Part shown: one piece after another, positions 19,115 through 27,733 of the stretch
How positions within the stretch are numbered: the stretch's first letter is position 1
Layout of the letters: each line of letters starts with the position of its first letter
DNA from: an uncultured Christensenella sp.
GTDB taxonomy: Bacteria; Bacillota; Clostridia; Christensenellales; UBA1242
Assembly (NCBI GenBank): GCA_964455585.1
Contig: CAYVXW010000005.1
Coordinates: 1,972 to 65,971, forward strand
Reading direction: 5' to 3'
DNA length: 64,000 bases
The notes under the pieces: model-generated
The model's database searches: none
Told to the model about the DNA's origin: nothing
The model's input: the letters and a program-made list of their open reading frames with translations, nothing else
Position numbers and translations under genes: made by a program

Positions 19115-19363
19115 CTATAACTCCACGTCTACAAATTTATATTTGTATGTGTATGTTATATTTTGTATTTGGGTTTTGTATTGGTCAAACCTTTGTATTA
19201 TGTTTATTTCGTTGTTTAGTCTTGTTATTTGTGTTTTGGTTGCTCGTTTTGTTTCTTTTGTATATAGAGTTTGTGCGATATTTTTATATATTGTTGTTGT
19301 GTCCGTGCTTGTAATTTCGTTTACTTGTTCGTTATTTCTATAAATTTTTAAAATCATTTGCAT
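19115..19363 (-). CDS. Hypothetical protein (accessory island)
   Basis: RBS GAGGTG. Overlaps the stop of the upstream gene. Confidence 0.4.
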   Translation of the reverse strand: MQMILKIYRNNEQVNEITSTDTTTIYKNIAQTLYTKETKRATKTQITRLNNEINIIQRFDQYKTQIQNITYTYKYKFVDVEL

Positions 19364-20304
19364 GGCTTCACCTCGTAAAGTGTTTTGCCATTATATGAAA
19401 TTGATAAAATATTTTTTACATATAGATCATCGTTTTTTTGTTTGCGTCTTATGGTTTCCCTTGTTTTGCTATCCCATCCAAAACAAGTATAATTAACTTG
19501 ATCCCCTTTTTTGTTGTATGGTTGGCGCTGTATGTCTTCGGCTTTATATTTGCCCGTTATGGTCTCGCCGTCTTCTAGTAGATATGTTATAACAATTTGA
19601 TTTGCTTTTTCTGGTATTGTGTCCTTTATTTCTTTTGACAATCTGTATTGTTTATATTCGTTGTTTGTTTCAATTTCTTTTAAATATTCTTGTTTTAGTC
19701 TGTTTATTAATTTTTTATATTTTATGTGCTTTGTAATGTCTTCAATTTTTGCATTAATGTCGTTTGTTATTGTTTTGTTGGGGTTTTCAATAAATTTCAA
19801 TAATGTTTTTGTAAAACGTGTGCTTTGTGTTCGGTTTTCTTGTTTCTCCCCATAATAATATAAATGTTCGGCATCTTCTCTTGCTGTGTGTTCGTTGCAC
19901 TCGTCCGGCTCGTTGTCGTCTGGTGTATTTTGCGCTATTTTTTCAATTTCTCTTGCTAGTAGTTCGTTATATTGTTTGTCAATTTCGTTTTGGTCTATGT
20001 TTCCGAAATCTTCTTTTATTGTTGTTTTTGTGTATGGATCCCATTTTTCAAAATAACTTTTTAGCTTAAAGCTTGCAAAATATAGTTTGTTTGTTCTTGT
20101 GTCTATTACTCCGTAATAGTCCGGTTTATTGTCCGTGTCCGGTGTGTCTTTTACATATTCAAACCCGTAAATATAATCAAATATATTTATTTTAGTTTTA
20201 AATAGTATTGTTTTATATCCTTGTCGGTCTTCTTGTGTTGTCAAATTTCTTTGTTTTTGATCATAAATAAAATCAAATATTTGTTTTTGTTTTTCGTTTA
20301 GCAT
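19354..20304 (-). CDS. Hypothetical 316-aa protein (accessory island)
   Basis: RBS AAGGAG. K/N/T/Q/E-rich, no motif recognised. The coding strand is strongly A/C-rich. Confidence 0.5.
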   Translation of the reverse strand: MLNEKQKQIFDFIYDQKQRNLTTQEDRQGYKTILFKTKINIFDYIYGFEYVKDTPDTDNKPDYYGVIDTRTNKLYFASFKLKSYFEKWDPYTKTTIKEDFGNIDQNEIDKQYNELLAREIEKIAQNTPDDNEPDECNEHTAREDAEHLYYYGEKQENRTQSTRFTKTLLKFIENPNKTITNDINAKIEDITKHIKYKKLINRLKQEYLKEIETNNEYKQYRLSKEIKDTIPEKANQIVITYLLEDGETITGKYKAEDIQRQPYNKKGDQVNYTCFGWDSKTRETIRRKQKNDDLYVKNILSISYNGKTLYEVKPCK

Positions 20305-20423
20305 TTTGCGATCTCCTTTTGTTTGTTGTATTCTTGTAGACTTTTAAAGTCTTGCGGCCTCTTGCCGTGTTGTTTGCACCAATCAATATATTTTTTGATG
20401 CTGTTTGTTGTGTCTTTTGTCAT
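20298..20423 (-). CDS. Small hypothetical protein (41 aa)
   Basis: RBS AAGGAGATTG, then ATG at 20423. Its stop overlaps the next start (ATGCTAA). MTKDTTNSIKKYIDWCKQHGKRPQDF... Confidence 0.3.
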   Translation of the reverse strand: MTKDTTNSIKKYIDWCKQHGKRPQDFKSLQEYNKQKEIAKC

Positions 20424-20746
20424 ACTTTTTCAATCTCCTTTTATATTATATTTTGTTAGTTATGACATACTAACATTATTAATATAATATATTTTGTTTG
20501 AAAAGTCAATAAAAAATCACAAAATTACAAAATAAAATCACACACAATATATATATATTACTTTTTTTGTTATATATGTGACTTGCACCCCATCCCCTAT
20601 ATGAACAGAGGCACCCCACATAAGGTGAGCCTCTACACTACGCCAAATTTCAAAAAGTCGGCAAAACCAAAAAGGGCATATTATACACTATGGGGAGCAA
20701 ACCCATCTCTCAATTTCTCTAAAAAATAAAAAGGGGCAGTAAAGTA

Positions 20747-20775
20747 TTGACAATTGGTTCAAGTTGTGATAAACT
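20747..20775 (+). promoter_or_regulatory. Promoter TTGACA-17-TAAACT with TGn extension
   Basis: TTGACA 20747-20752; TGATAAACT ends at 20775. No protein ORF follows. Confidence 0.4.
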
Positions 20776-20781
20776 GCAAGT

Positions 20782-20872
20782 GTTAGCATTTTGAAAGGGT
20801 GAGTTGTGTCTCCCTGTCATACTTGTGCTATATGAAAGAGAACGGGTTTAATGCCCGTTCTCTTTTGCTATT
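20782..20872 (+). ncRNA. Candidate ~90-nt small RNA, antisense to the 3' end of the HNH-like gene
   Basis: Bounded by the promoter above and the hairpin 20836-20864 plus T-rich tail. Internal stem GGGTGA/TCTCCC. No coding potential. Confidence 0.25.
20836..20864 (+). terminator. Hairpin AAGAGAACGGG / CCCGTTCTCTT with T-rich tail on the plus strand
   Basis: 11-bp stem. The stop codon of the minus-strand gene lies in the loop. The T-run is present only on the plus strand. Confidence 0.5.
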
Positions 20873-21513
20873 TTATTGAGTTCTCGTTTTAGTTTCTTAA
20901 TCGTTTCGTTTTCGGTATTTATTTTTTTGTTTAGTTCTTCAATGTTGCTTTGATAATTTTTTATATGGGTTTGGCACATGGTGATTTCTGCCCGGATCTT
21001 GTCGATTGAATTTTTATTACAATTAACTCTTTGATTTTTTAGAGCTGCAAGTTCTCGCTCAAGGCTTTCACGATATTCGGTAGAAAGGTTTTGTTGAGTA
21101 GAGAGAATATCATTTATTAGAGAGATTCTAAAGTCTATTTTCCGTTTAGATGAGTTTCTTGATTTGCTCATCCATTGGCAGTTTTCTGGCGAATAGCCTT
21201 TGGTATTGTCAATTCGGTCTATTGATAGTCCCTCATAGTATCCATTTGCATTTGACCAATCATAGAATTTTTTAAAACCATTTTCGTTATTCAGCCATTC
21301 ATTGCAAATTGTAATACCTTTTGCTCCGTAAGATTTATAATTGGGATTGTTTTTGTTATAACATCGATGTTTCATTCCGTTGTAAATTGAAAGTAGGTGT
21401 GAATATTGTTCAAATGGAACCTTGAAATTAAATTGTTTAGAAATTGCAAAATGTTTATTCTTATATTCTGAATCGTATCTACTGAAAAACCATTCGGTAT
21501 TAATTGTTTCCAT
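20848..21513 (-). CDS. HNH/homing-endonuclease-like DNA-binding protein with C-terminal coiled coil
   Basis: MKHRCYNKNNPNYKSYGAKGITICNEW ... GLSIDRIDNTKGYSPENCQWMSKSRN is a motif common in phage HNH-like proteins near terminases. Confidence 0.5.
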   Translation of the reverse strand: METINTEWFFSRYDSEYKNKHFAISKQFNFKVPFEQYSHLLSIYNGMKHRCYNKNNPNYKSYGAKGITICNEWLNNENGFKKFYDWSNANGYYEGLSIDRIDNTKGYSPENCQWMSKSRNSSKRKIDFRISLINDILSTQQNLSTEYRESLERELAALKNQRVNCNKNSIDKIRAEITMCQTHIKNYQSNIEELNKKINTENETIKKLKRELNKIAKENGH

Positions 21514-21515
21514 AT

Positions 21516-21722
21516 TTATTCTCCATAGTCAAGCATTTGATTAAAGGTGAAACGCTTTTCAAAGAAAGCGTAGAATAATTGGGAAATCTCTTCACCATTA
21601 AAAGATTTAATTCCATAAATCTTGTCTAAAAGTTTGTCTGTTGATATTTTTAATAAATGAGCGGCTTCTTTAAGTTGGCAACTTGTTGCAAGATAAAAAT
21701 ACATTGTTTTAAATTTTGGCAT
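21516..21722 (-). CDS. Hypothetical small protein
   Basis: RBS AAGGAG. Coupled to the downstream HNH-like gene. Confidence 0.4.
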   Translation of the reverse strand: MPKFKTMYFYLATSCQLKEAAHLLKISTDKLLDKIYGIKSFNGEEISQLFYAFFEKRFTFNQMLDYGE

Positions 21723-21885
21723 TATAATTTCTCCTTTAGTTTAAATTGATTGATATTTTCTTCTTGCTATGCTACAATAAATTTAGCAAAATGAGAATAT
21801 CGTTTTGTTGTAAATAGTGTTTGTCTAGGTTTCAAGTTCGGCAGACACTATTTTTTTGTAGCTTTTATTCTCCTTTTATAAAATA

Positions 21886-21914
21886 TAATATAACACAAAT
21901 AATAACTAGTGTCA
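21886..21914 (-). promoter_or_regulatory. Leftward promoter TTGACA-16-TATATT
   Basis: Read on the minus strand upstream of 21516..21722. Confidence 0.35.
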
Positions 21915-22006
21915 ACAAAATAAAATCACAAAATTACAAATATTTTGATAATGTGTGATTTTGTATTGTTTATAATACAAAAATTTTGTAAAAATGCGAA
22001 AAAATA

Positions 22007-22035
22007 TTGACATTCTAAAAAGTTTAGTGTAAACT
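22007..22035 (+). promoter_or_regulatory. Promoter TTGACA-17-TAAACT
   Basis: TTGACA 22007-22012, TAAACT 22030-22035. Preceded by the palindrome at 21962-21979. Confidence 0.5.
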
Positions 22036-22060
22036 ATGCAATATAAAGGAGCGAATAAGC

Positions 22061-22327
22061 ATGGAAAACGAACAAAAAAAAGAAAGAAAACCATATAGAA
22101 AGAATCGTGCAAGTCAAGAATTGAGAAATCAAATAAGTGCAGAGATAGAGTTTTGGAAAGAAAAAAGAAGAATGACAAACACTTCTATTGCAAGTGCATT
22201 AGGAACCGATAGAAGAACTTTTCAAACAATGCTTACTGGCAAAGATGTCCTTCTTGGCAATCTTGAGGCAACTGCCAAAGTTTTAGGTTGCGAATTGGAA
22301 ATCAAGTTTGTTAAAAAGGGAGAATAG
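22061..22327 (+). CDS. HTH DNA-binding protein
   Basis: MTNTSIASALGTDRRTFQTMLTGK is HTH-like. First gene of a two-gene moron. Confidence 0.45.
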   Translation: MENEQKKERKPYRKNRASQELRNQISAEIEFWKEKRRMTNTSIASALGTDRRTFQTMLTGKDVLLGNLEATAKVLGCELEIKFVKKGE

Positions 22328-22328
22328 C

Positions 22329-23078
22329 ATGAATAAGCAATTTAATCCAAACAACCCAAAAGATGTTAAAAAATTGGAAAAAATGAAAAGAGTGTCCGAG
22401 AAAAGAGCAACCAATAATGGTTTAACCAAGCAACAAAAGGAATATGCTTTCTATTCTTTGATTTGTTTGCTTTTAGGTGTTGTGTGTATTATTTTTATCA
22501 AGTCCACACTTTGGAGATTGCTGTTAGGCATACTTTTAATTGGACTTTCTCTATCAAGTTTAATGGTTGTGTTTGAAAAATACTTTAGAACGAATACAAC
22601 CAAAATGTTTGTCTCGGATAAATTTCCTAATATTATGGCATGTGGAATAAATCGCAATGTCAACTATAATTGGGAGAGCGAACAATTTATAGTAACAAAT
22701 ATCGATACTGAAATTTCTCCGATTTTAAATTTTTCTGACATTCTAAAAATTGAAGTTGTTGAAGACAATGAAACAAAAGTTAAATATTCGTTGACTGGTG
22801 CTTTTGTGGGAGATTGGGCTTTTGGAACAATCGGAGCGGTTTTGGGTGCAAAACATTGGTCAAAAACTAAAAACTATTGCAACAAGTTAGAGTTGGTTGT
22901 TTATTTTAAAAACCAAAATTATTCTAGTGAAACTTTTGCATTTATAAACAAGAAGACCGACAAAAATTCTGCAAATTATAGGAATGCAGTAAGTTTAATT
23001 AAAGATTGCTATGGGAAATTCCAAGCAATGATGCAAGATTCAGTTGCAAAAACAAAACAAGAGCCCATAGAGGCCTAA
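22329..23078 (+). CDS. Membrane protein (2 TM plus C-terminal domain), possible exclusion/abortive-infection factor
   Basis: Start at ATG 22329 behind GGGAGAA. Hydrophobic FYSLICLLLGVVCIIFI and LLLGILLIGLSLSSLMVVF. Glycine-zipper-like GAFVGDWAFGTIGAVLGA. Confidence 0.45.
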   Translation: MNKQFNPNNPKDVKKLEKMKRVSEKRATNNGLTKQQKEYAFYSLICLLLGVVCIIFIKSTLWRLLLGILLIGLSLSSLMVVFEKYFRTNTTKMFVSDKFPNIMACGINRNVNYNWESEQFIVTNIDTEISPILNFSDILKIEVVEDNETKVKYSLTGAFVGDWAFGTIGAVLGAKHWSKTKNYCNKLELVVYFKNQNYSSETFAFINKKTDKNSANYRNAVSLIKDCYGKFQAMMQDSVAKTKQEPIEA

Positions 23079-23158
23079 AACTAGTGCATAGACACATACA
23101 AAATTTTAATTAAGTCGAATTCGACCAAATTAGATTTGTAATTGTCTGTGCATTTTTT
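23061..23158 (+). repeat. Structured element copy 1 (conserved 5' block, long hairpin, T-run)
   Basis: GAGCCCATAGAGGCC...AGTGCATAGACACAT, then inner hairpin GTCGAATTCGAC. Closing arm TGTCTGTGCA pairs with TGCATAGACA, followed by TTTTTT. Confidence 0.7.
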
Positions 23159-23170
23159 ATAGGAGATAAT

Positions 23171-24874
23171 ATGATTAATTGCGAAGAAATAACACTTGAA
23201 GAAAATTTAAAACTAAATAATTATATAAACGAGTTGAATGGAAGACCAAAACTTGTTGACTGCGAGAGATTGTTTGAGTATTTGAGAATTATAAGAGATA
23301 AATATGGTGATAGTGTTAGAAAGATTACCAATAAGATAAATTTGAAAATTGTCAAACCTGCAATTGCATATATTATGAGAAATAGCAAGTTTACGACTGA
23401 ATATAGAAATAAGGCATTTGAATTAAGTAAAAAAGTATTATATTTCTCTGCTCGTGATGATTTTGATAGTTTTTTGTTGTATACCGAAATTGATCGACCA
23501 TACACGGAAAAGTTTTGGCAACCACGAAAAAAATCACAAATGAAAAAAATATGTGAAGCATTGCAAGAATTGGCAGATGATGAACTCGATGTCTTGTTTG
23601 TTGCTTGTCCACCCAGAGTGGGAAAGTCTACATTGGGAATTTGGTTCGATAATTGGTTAGCAGCCAAAAATGCAAGTGGGCAAAGACATTCAATCTTATC
23701 GGTTGGACATAGTGCAAGTCTTGTTAATACTTTCTATGAAGAATCTAATAATTTTTGCACTGGAGATAAATACAAGTTTTTTGATGTGTTTCCAGAACTT
23801 ATGGATAAAATGCAAGTTAGCGCCAAAAATCAAACAATAAATTTTGGAGAAGAGAGAAGATATAAAAGTATTTCTTTTCGTTCGGCAGAAAGTGGTTTGT
23901 CTGGTGGTGTTGAAGCCGATTTGCTTTTGCATATTGACGACTTGATTAGTGGAATGGAAGAAGCTCTAAACCCTGACCGACTTGAAAAAAAATGGCAAGT
24001 TTTATATGGGGATATAAGACAAAGAAGAAAAGAAGGTGCCAAAATTCTTTACATTGGAACCATTTGGAGTATGAAAGATCCACAAGTTAGGTTTCGAGAA
24101 CTTTTAGAAGAAGATCCAAATTTCAGAATAAAGATTATTGAATTACCAGCATTAGATGAAAACGATGAAAGTAATTTTGATTATACCGGTGGTTTCTCGA
24201 CTGAACACTATCGTTCTGAAAGAAATGGTATGGATAATGTCACTTGGAATTGTATATATCAACAACAACCAATGGAACGAGATGGGTTATTGTTTTCCGA
24301 AGATCGTTTCAAGACTTTCAAAAAAGAAATACTTAATGTTTTCCCAATTGCAAAAAAATCGTTTTGCGATGTTGCATGGGGTGGAAACGACTTTGTATCT
24401 ATGCCAATTTTGTATAAGTATGAAGATGGTTTATATTTGGCAGATGTTGTTTATAACAACTCGAATAAGAAAATTACGGAACCGATAATTGCTCAAAAAA
24501 TCATAAAACACAAACTCTACGAATGTCCTTTTGAAAAGAATAATGGTGGTGGAGAATATGCTGACGATATAAAAAACCTATTAAAAGAGCAGAGATATAT
24601 TTGTAGGGTTGTTGCAAGGCAATCTCCCAATACAGCAAATGCAAAACTGCAAAGAATTATTCAATATTCTCCTGAAATTCAAGATATTCACATACTCGAA
24701 AAGAAAGATAGAACTCCAGAATATCAAAAATTTATCAATTCATTATTAACATTTAATCAAAATGGGAAAAACAAAAACGATGATGGTCCGGATAGTCTCG
24801 CATTATTATTTATGTATGATGCAAATAAGCCCAAAGAAGTCAAGATTTTGCCTAAAAATTATAAAATTTGCTAA
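23171..24874 (+). CDS. Terminase large subunit
   Basis: Walker A ACPPRVGKST, Walker B LLLHIDDLISG, C-terminal nuclease-like DVAWGGNDF and NDDGPDSL. 567 aa. Confidence 0.85.
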   Translation: MINCEEITLEENLKLNNYINELNGRPKLVDCERLFEYLRIIRDKYGDSVRKITNKINLKIVKPAIAYIMRNSKFTTEYRNKAFELSKKVLYFSARDDFDSFLLYTEIDRPYTEKFWQPRKKSQMKKICEALQELADDELDVLFVACPPRVGKSTLGIWFDNWLAAKNASGQRHSILSVGHSASLVNTFYEESNNFCTGDKYKFFDVFPELMDKMQVSAKNQTINFGEERRYKSISFRSAESGLSGGVEADLLLHIDDLISGMEEALNPDRLEKKWQVLYGDIRQRRKEGAKILYIGTIWSMKDPQVRFRELLEEDPNFRIKIIELPALDENDESNFDYTGGFSTEHYRSERNGMDNVTWNCIYQQQPMERDGLLFSEDRFKTFKKEILNVFPIAKKSFCDVAWGGNDFVSMPILYKYEDGLYLADVVYNNSNKKITEPIIAQKIIKHKLYECPFEKNNGGGEYADDIKNLLKEQRYICRVVARQSPNTANAKLQRIIQYSPEIQDIHILEKKDRTPEYQKFINSLLTFNQNGKNKNDDGPDSLALLFMYDANKPKEVKILPKNYKIC

Positions 24875-24923
24875 AAATGTATTATTTGTAATACAAAAAT
24901 TACGACAAAACTGTGAAAAATTG

Positions 24924-24952
24924 TTGCATTTTTCAAAAAAAGTTTGTATAAT
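24924..24952 (+). promoter_or_regulatory. Promoter TTGCAT-17-TATAAT
   Basis: Upstream of the portal gene, preceded by the palindrome at 24878-24895. Confidence 0.5.
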
Positions 24953-24995
24953 GAGTAAAAATGAGTCTGTGGAATTTGTGTAAAAGGGGGTTAAA

Positions 24996-26603
24996 ATGGC
25001 TGAAACTAGTGAAAATGTAAAAAAAATAATTGAGCCACCTTGCTTTGGAAGACAAAAATATTACACTGCTTATAAATCTGAAAGCATAACAAAGAGTAAT
25101 GTCGTTGATATAGTAAAATCTTACTTTAATGAATTTATTCTCGAAATAGACATTCTTTTGTTTTTGGATAGATACTTTAGAGGCCAGCAACCAATTCTTC
25201 AGAAAGAAAGAGATGATGAAGATGCTGGAAATAATAAAGTTGTTGTAAACCTAGCTAGAACTGCAACCAATAAAATTAAACAAGCATTTGTTGGAGAAGA
25301 GACACAATATTTACCAATTGATCCAACAGATACACTTCAAAAGAAAGCATTGAAAGATTTGCTTGTATATTATAGGTCTATTGAAGAACCTGCACACAAT
25401 GCTCGAATTGAGGGCGATAGGGGAAAATATGGATATGCCTATGAGTTTATTGGGAGAAAAAATGGAAAAATCAAATTAAAAAGATTAAAACCATTTTTCA
25501 CTTGTGCAGTATTTAATGAAGACGATGAAGATGAAATGGTCTTTGTATTTAATTTTCATAAAAAATACGATGTAGAGAATAAACATTCTGGCTACCATTT
25601 CTCGGTATATACCAAAACCAATATTTTTGAGTATGACACAAATACTTCCATAGGACTGGATAGTGCAATTGTAGAAACCCCAAACACAATTGGAATTATT
25701 CCAATCGTTAGATATGAGAATAATGATGAACTTATGGGAGATTTCGAACCAGCAATTCCGGTTTTAAACGGAATAAATGAAGTCTATAGTAAAAGACTTG
25801 ATAACATATCCGATATTGTTGAAGCATTGCTAGTTTTTGTCAATTCTTCAATTTATGAGGAAAAAGAAGACGAAAACGGAAATATTACCTACGACAACAA
25901 GAAGATTAAGGCAATGCGAAAAAATCGTGTTGTAGAACTACATGGAGAACAAGGACTACCTGCAGACATAAAACACATTGTCAATACCCTAGACCAATCT
26001 AATACTCAAATTGTGTGCGACAATCTTGCAAGACTGGCTTATGTTATAATGGGTGTTCCAGATGGAGTAAATGCAAAAACCAATGGTGGTGGAGATACTG
26101 GTGAGGCTGCAAATACACGAGAGGGTTACAAAGACTTTCAACAACTACTTAACGATAAGGAAAGGTTGTTCAAGCAAGGTCTTAAAGAAAGAATTGAGAT
26201 TATTAGGCGCTTAAGTTTATTTGACAATGATACTCAATTGAGATTTATTCAAAAGGAACAGGTCGATATTCGTTTCATTAGACAAAAGTCTCTAAATGAC
26301 CAATCTGAAGCCCAAGCATTGGCAACTCTTAATGAAACTGGGTTGTTTAGCAAAGACACAATCTTGACACAATCAAACCTTTGCGAAAGTCCACAGGAAG
26401 AAATAGAAAAGATAATGAATACTTACAAAAAACTGCTTGAAGATAAAGTCCTAACCCAAGAACAATATAACAAAGCAGTTGCTAGTTATTATTTGCCAAA
26501 AGATGTAGTGTCTGCCATTTTTACAAACACTACCGATAAAGAAAAAGATGAAGGAGAAGATAATGGAGAAGACAACGAAAAACTACAATCTAAAGAAAAT
26601 TAA
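24996..26603 (+). CDS. Portal protein
   Basis: 535 aa, immediately after TerL, with an acidic C-terminus. Call is by position and size. Confidence 0.7.
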   Translation: MAETSENVKKIIEPPCFGRQKYYTAYKSESITKSNVVDIVKSYFNEFILEIDILLFLDRYFRGQQPILQKERDDEDAGNNKVVVNLARTATNKIKQAFVGEETQYLPIDPTDTLQKKALKDLLVYYRSIEEPAHNARIEGDRGKYGYAYEFIGRKNGKIKLKRLKPFFTCAVFNEDDEDEMVFVFNFHKKYDVENKHSGYHFSVYTKTNIFEYDTNTSIGLDSAIVETPNTIGIIPIVRYENNDELMGDFEPAIPVLNGINEVYSKRLDNISDIVEALLVFVNSSIYEEKEDENGNITYDNKKIKAMRKNRVVELHGEQGLPADIKHIVNTLDQSNTQIVCDNLARLAYVIMGVPDGVNAKTNGGGDTGEAANTREGYKDFQQLLNDKERLFKQGLKERIEIIRRLSLFDNDTQLRFIQKEQVDIRFIRQKSLNDQSEAQALATLNETGLFSKDTILTQSNLCESPQEEIEKIMNTYKKLLEDKVLTQEQYNKAVASYYLPKDVVSAIFTNTTDKEKDEGEDNGEDNEKLQSKEN

Positions 26604-26760
26604 ATGTCCTTTTTGCAATAAGGTATTTGCAGAAAGTAGTTTGGAATATGACTTCAATATAAAGGGTGCAATTCCCACCAATAGACATATATGTCATGGT
26701 TGTCATAGGTCGGTTCTTTATATTATCAAACCCAACATTCCAATAACGAACGAAAAATAA
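26563..26760 (+). CDS. Zinc-ribbon protein
   Basis: Start ATG 26563 behind AAGGAG. CPFC ... CHGC. Confidence 0.4.
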   Translation: MEKTTKNYNLKKIKCPFCNKVFAESSLEYDFNIKGAIPTNRHICHGCHRSVLYIIKPNIPITNEK

Positions 26761-26907
26761 AAACTATAAAATAATCGTTGTGTTTTAAACACCGAGAACC
26801 TTTGCGAAAGTAAGGATGAAAAAAAGCAGTTCTTCGAGAACTATGAGATTTTGATTATTTTACTCACAATTACAATTGAAAGTGATTTCACCATTCGCTT
26901 TCTCCGA

Positions 26908-27012
26908 GAGCCCATAGAGGCCGAATAAATTAAGTGCATAGACACATTGGTGCCGACATAAATGTCGGTAGCATACGGATAAATCGACTATCCGAGAATC
27001 TATGCACTTTTT
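26908..27012 (+). repeat. Structured element copy 2
   Basis: Same GAGCCCATAGAGGCC...AGTGCATAGACACAT block. Inner hairpin CCGACATAAATGTCGG. Closing arm TCTATGCAC, then TTTTT. Confidence 0.7.
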
Positions 27013-27096
27013 ATTTTGATATAACCACAAGTGATTGTGTTTATATAAATAAAATATTGGACTTGAAGGAGTGAAGGACTTCAAGGACTAAAAGGA

Positions 27097-27714
27097 GTGA
27101 ATATGGACAACGAAATTAAAAAAAGTTCTATCAATCTTCAATTATTTGCAGATGGTGGTGATGACAATGGTTCAAAAGACCAAATGTCAGAAGAAGACAA
27201 ACGTGTGCAAAGTATAGTGGACAAGGCTGTAACTAAAGCACTTGCCACTCAAAAAGCAAAATTAGAGGCTGCTCACAATGAGGAGATTTCTAGTTTGCAA
27301 AACAAGTTAAATTCTTTTGAAGAGAAAGGTTTAACGGATGCTGAAAAGGTAGCAAAACAACTAAAAGAAGCTGCCGATGCGAAGAAAAGTTATGAGGTCG
27401 AAAAACAAAAATTGCAACTTGAGAAAAGTTTTGCAAAAATGGGTATCGCCGAAGAAGACTATCTTCCTGTGATTAGCGATTATTTGTCTAGCAACTTTAT
27501 TTCAGCAAATGAAAAATTGGGAGAAATTATTGAAAAAAGGGCAAATGAATTGGCTGCTCAAAAATACAACGAAGCAGTAAGCAAAATTCCAGATCCTAAT
27601 GGTGGTAATTCTTCCAAAGATGGAGAAATGACAAAAGCAAAATTTGACAAGTTGACTTATACCGAACAAATTGAACTTTTGGAAAAACATCCAGAATATG
27701 CAAAATTTTTATAA
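27097..27714 (+). CDS. Scaffolding protein
   Basis: N-terminal NLQLFA motif. Alpha-helical, K/E/A-rich, just upstream of the capsid gene. Confidence 0.55.
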   Translation: MNMDNEIKKSSINLQLFADGGDDNGSKDQMSEEDKRVQSIVDKAVTKALATQKAKLEAAHNEEISSLQNKLNSFEEKGLTDAEKVAKQLKEAADAKKSYEVEKQKLQLEKSFAKMGIAEEDYLPVISDYLSSNFISANEKLGEIIEKRANELAAQKYNEAVSKIPDPNGGNSSKDGEMTKAKFDKLTYTEQIELLEKHPEYAKFL

Positions 27715-27733
27715 TAAGGAGAAATAAAAGACT

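Noticed and set aside
18580-19343. Plus-strand ORFs 18580..18852, 18923..19120, 18997..19314 and 19041..19343 (also 19619..19855 and 19818..20069)
   Set aside because: They are F/L/C/V-rich reads of the T/G-rich antisense strand of well-supported minus-strand genes with strong RBSs. They overlap one another.
20570-20700. Relatively GC-rich non-coding stretch with the hairpin GAGGCACC...GGTGAGCCTC, considered as a tRNA or att site
   Set aside because: No cloverleaf, T-loop (GTTCRANYC) or anticodon arm can be drawn, and no matching repeat is seen at the prophage end. It is left unassigned.
26860-27084. 74-aa minus-strand ORF between the zinc-ribbon gene and the scaffold gene
   Set aside because: It lies across the structured element/terminator copy 2. 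It has no RBS and runs opposite to the whole late operon.
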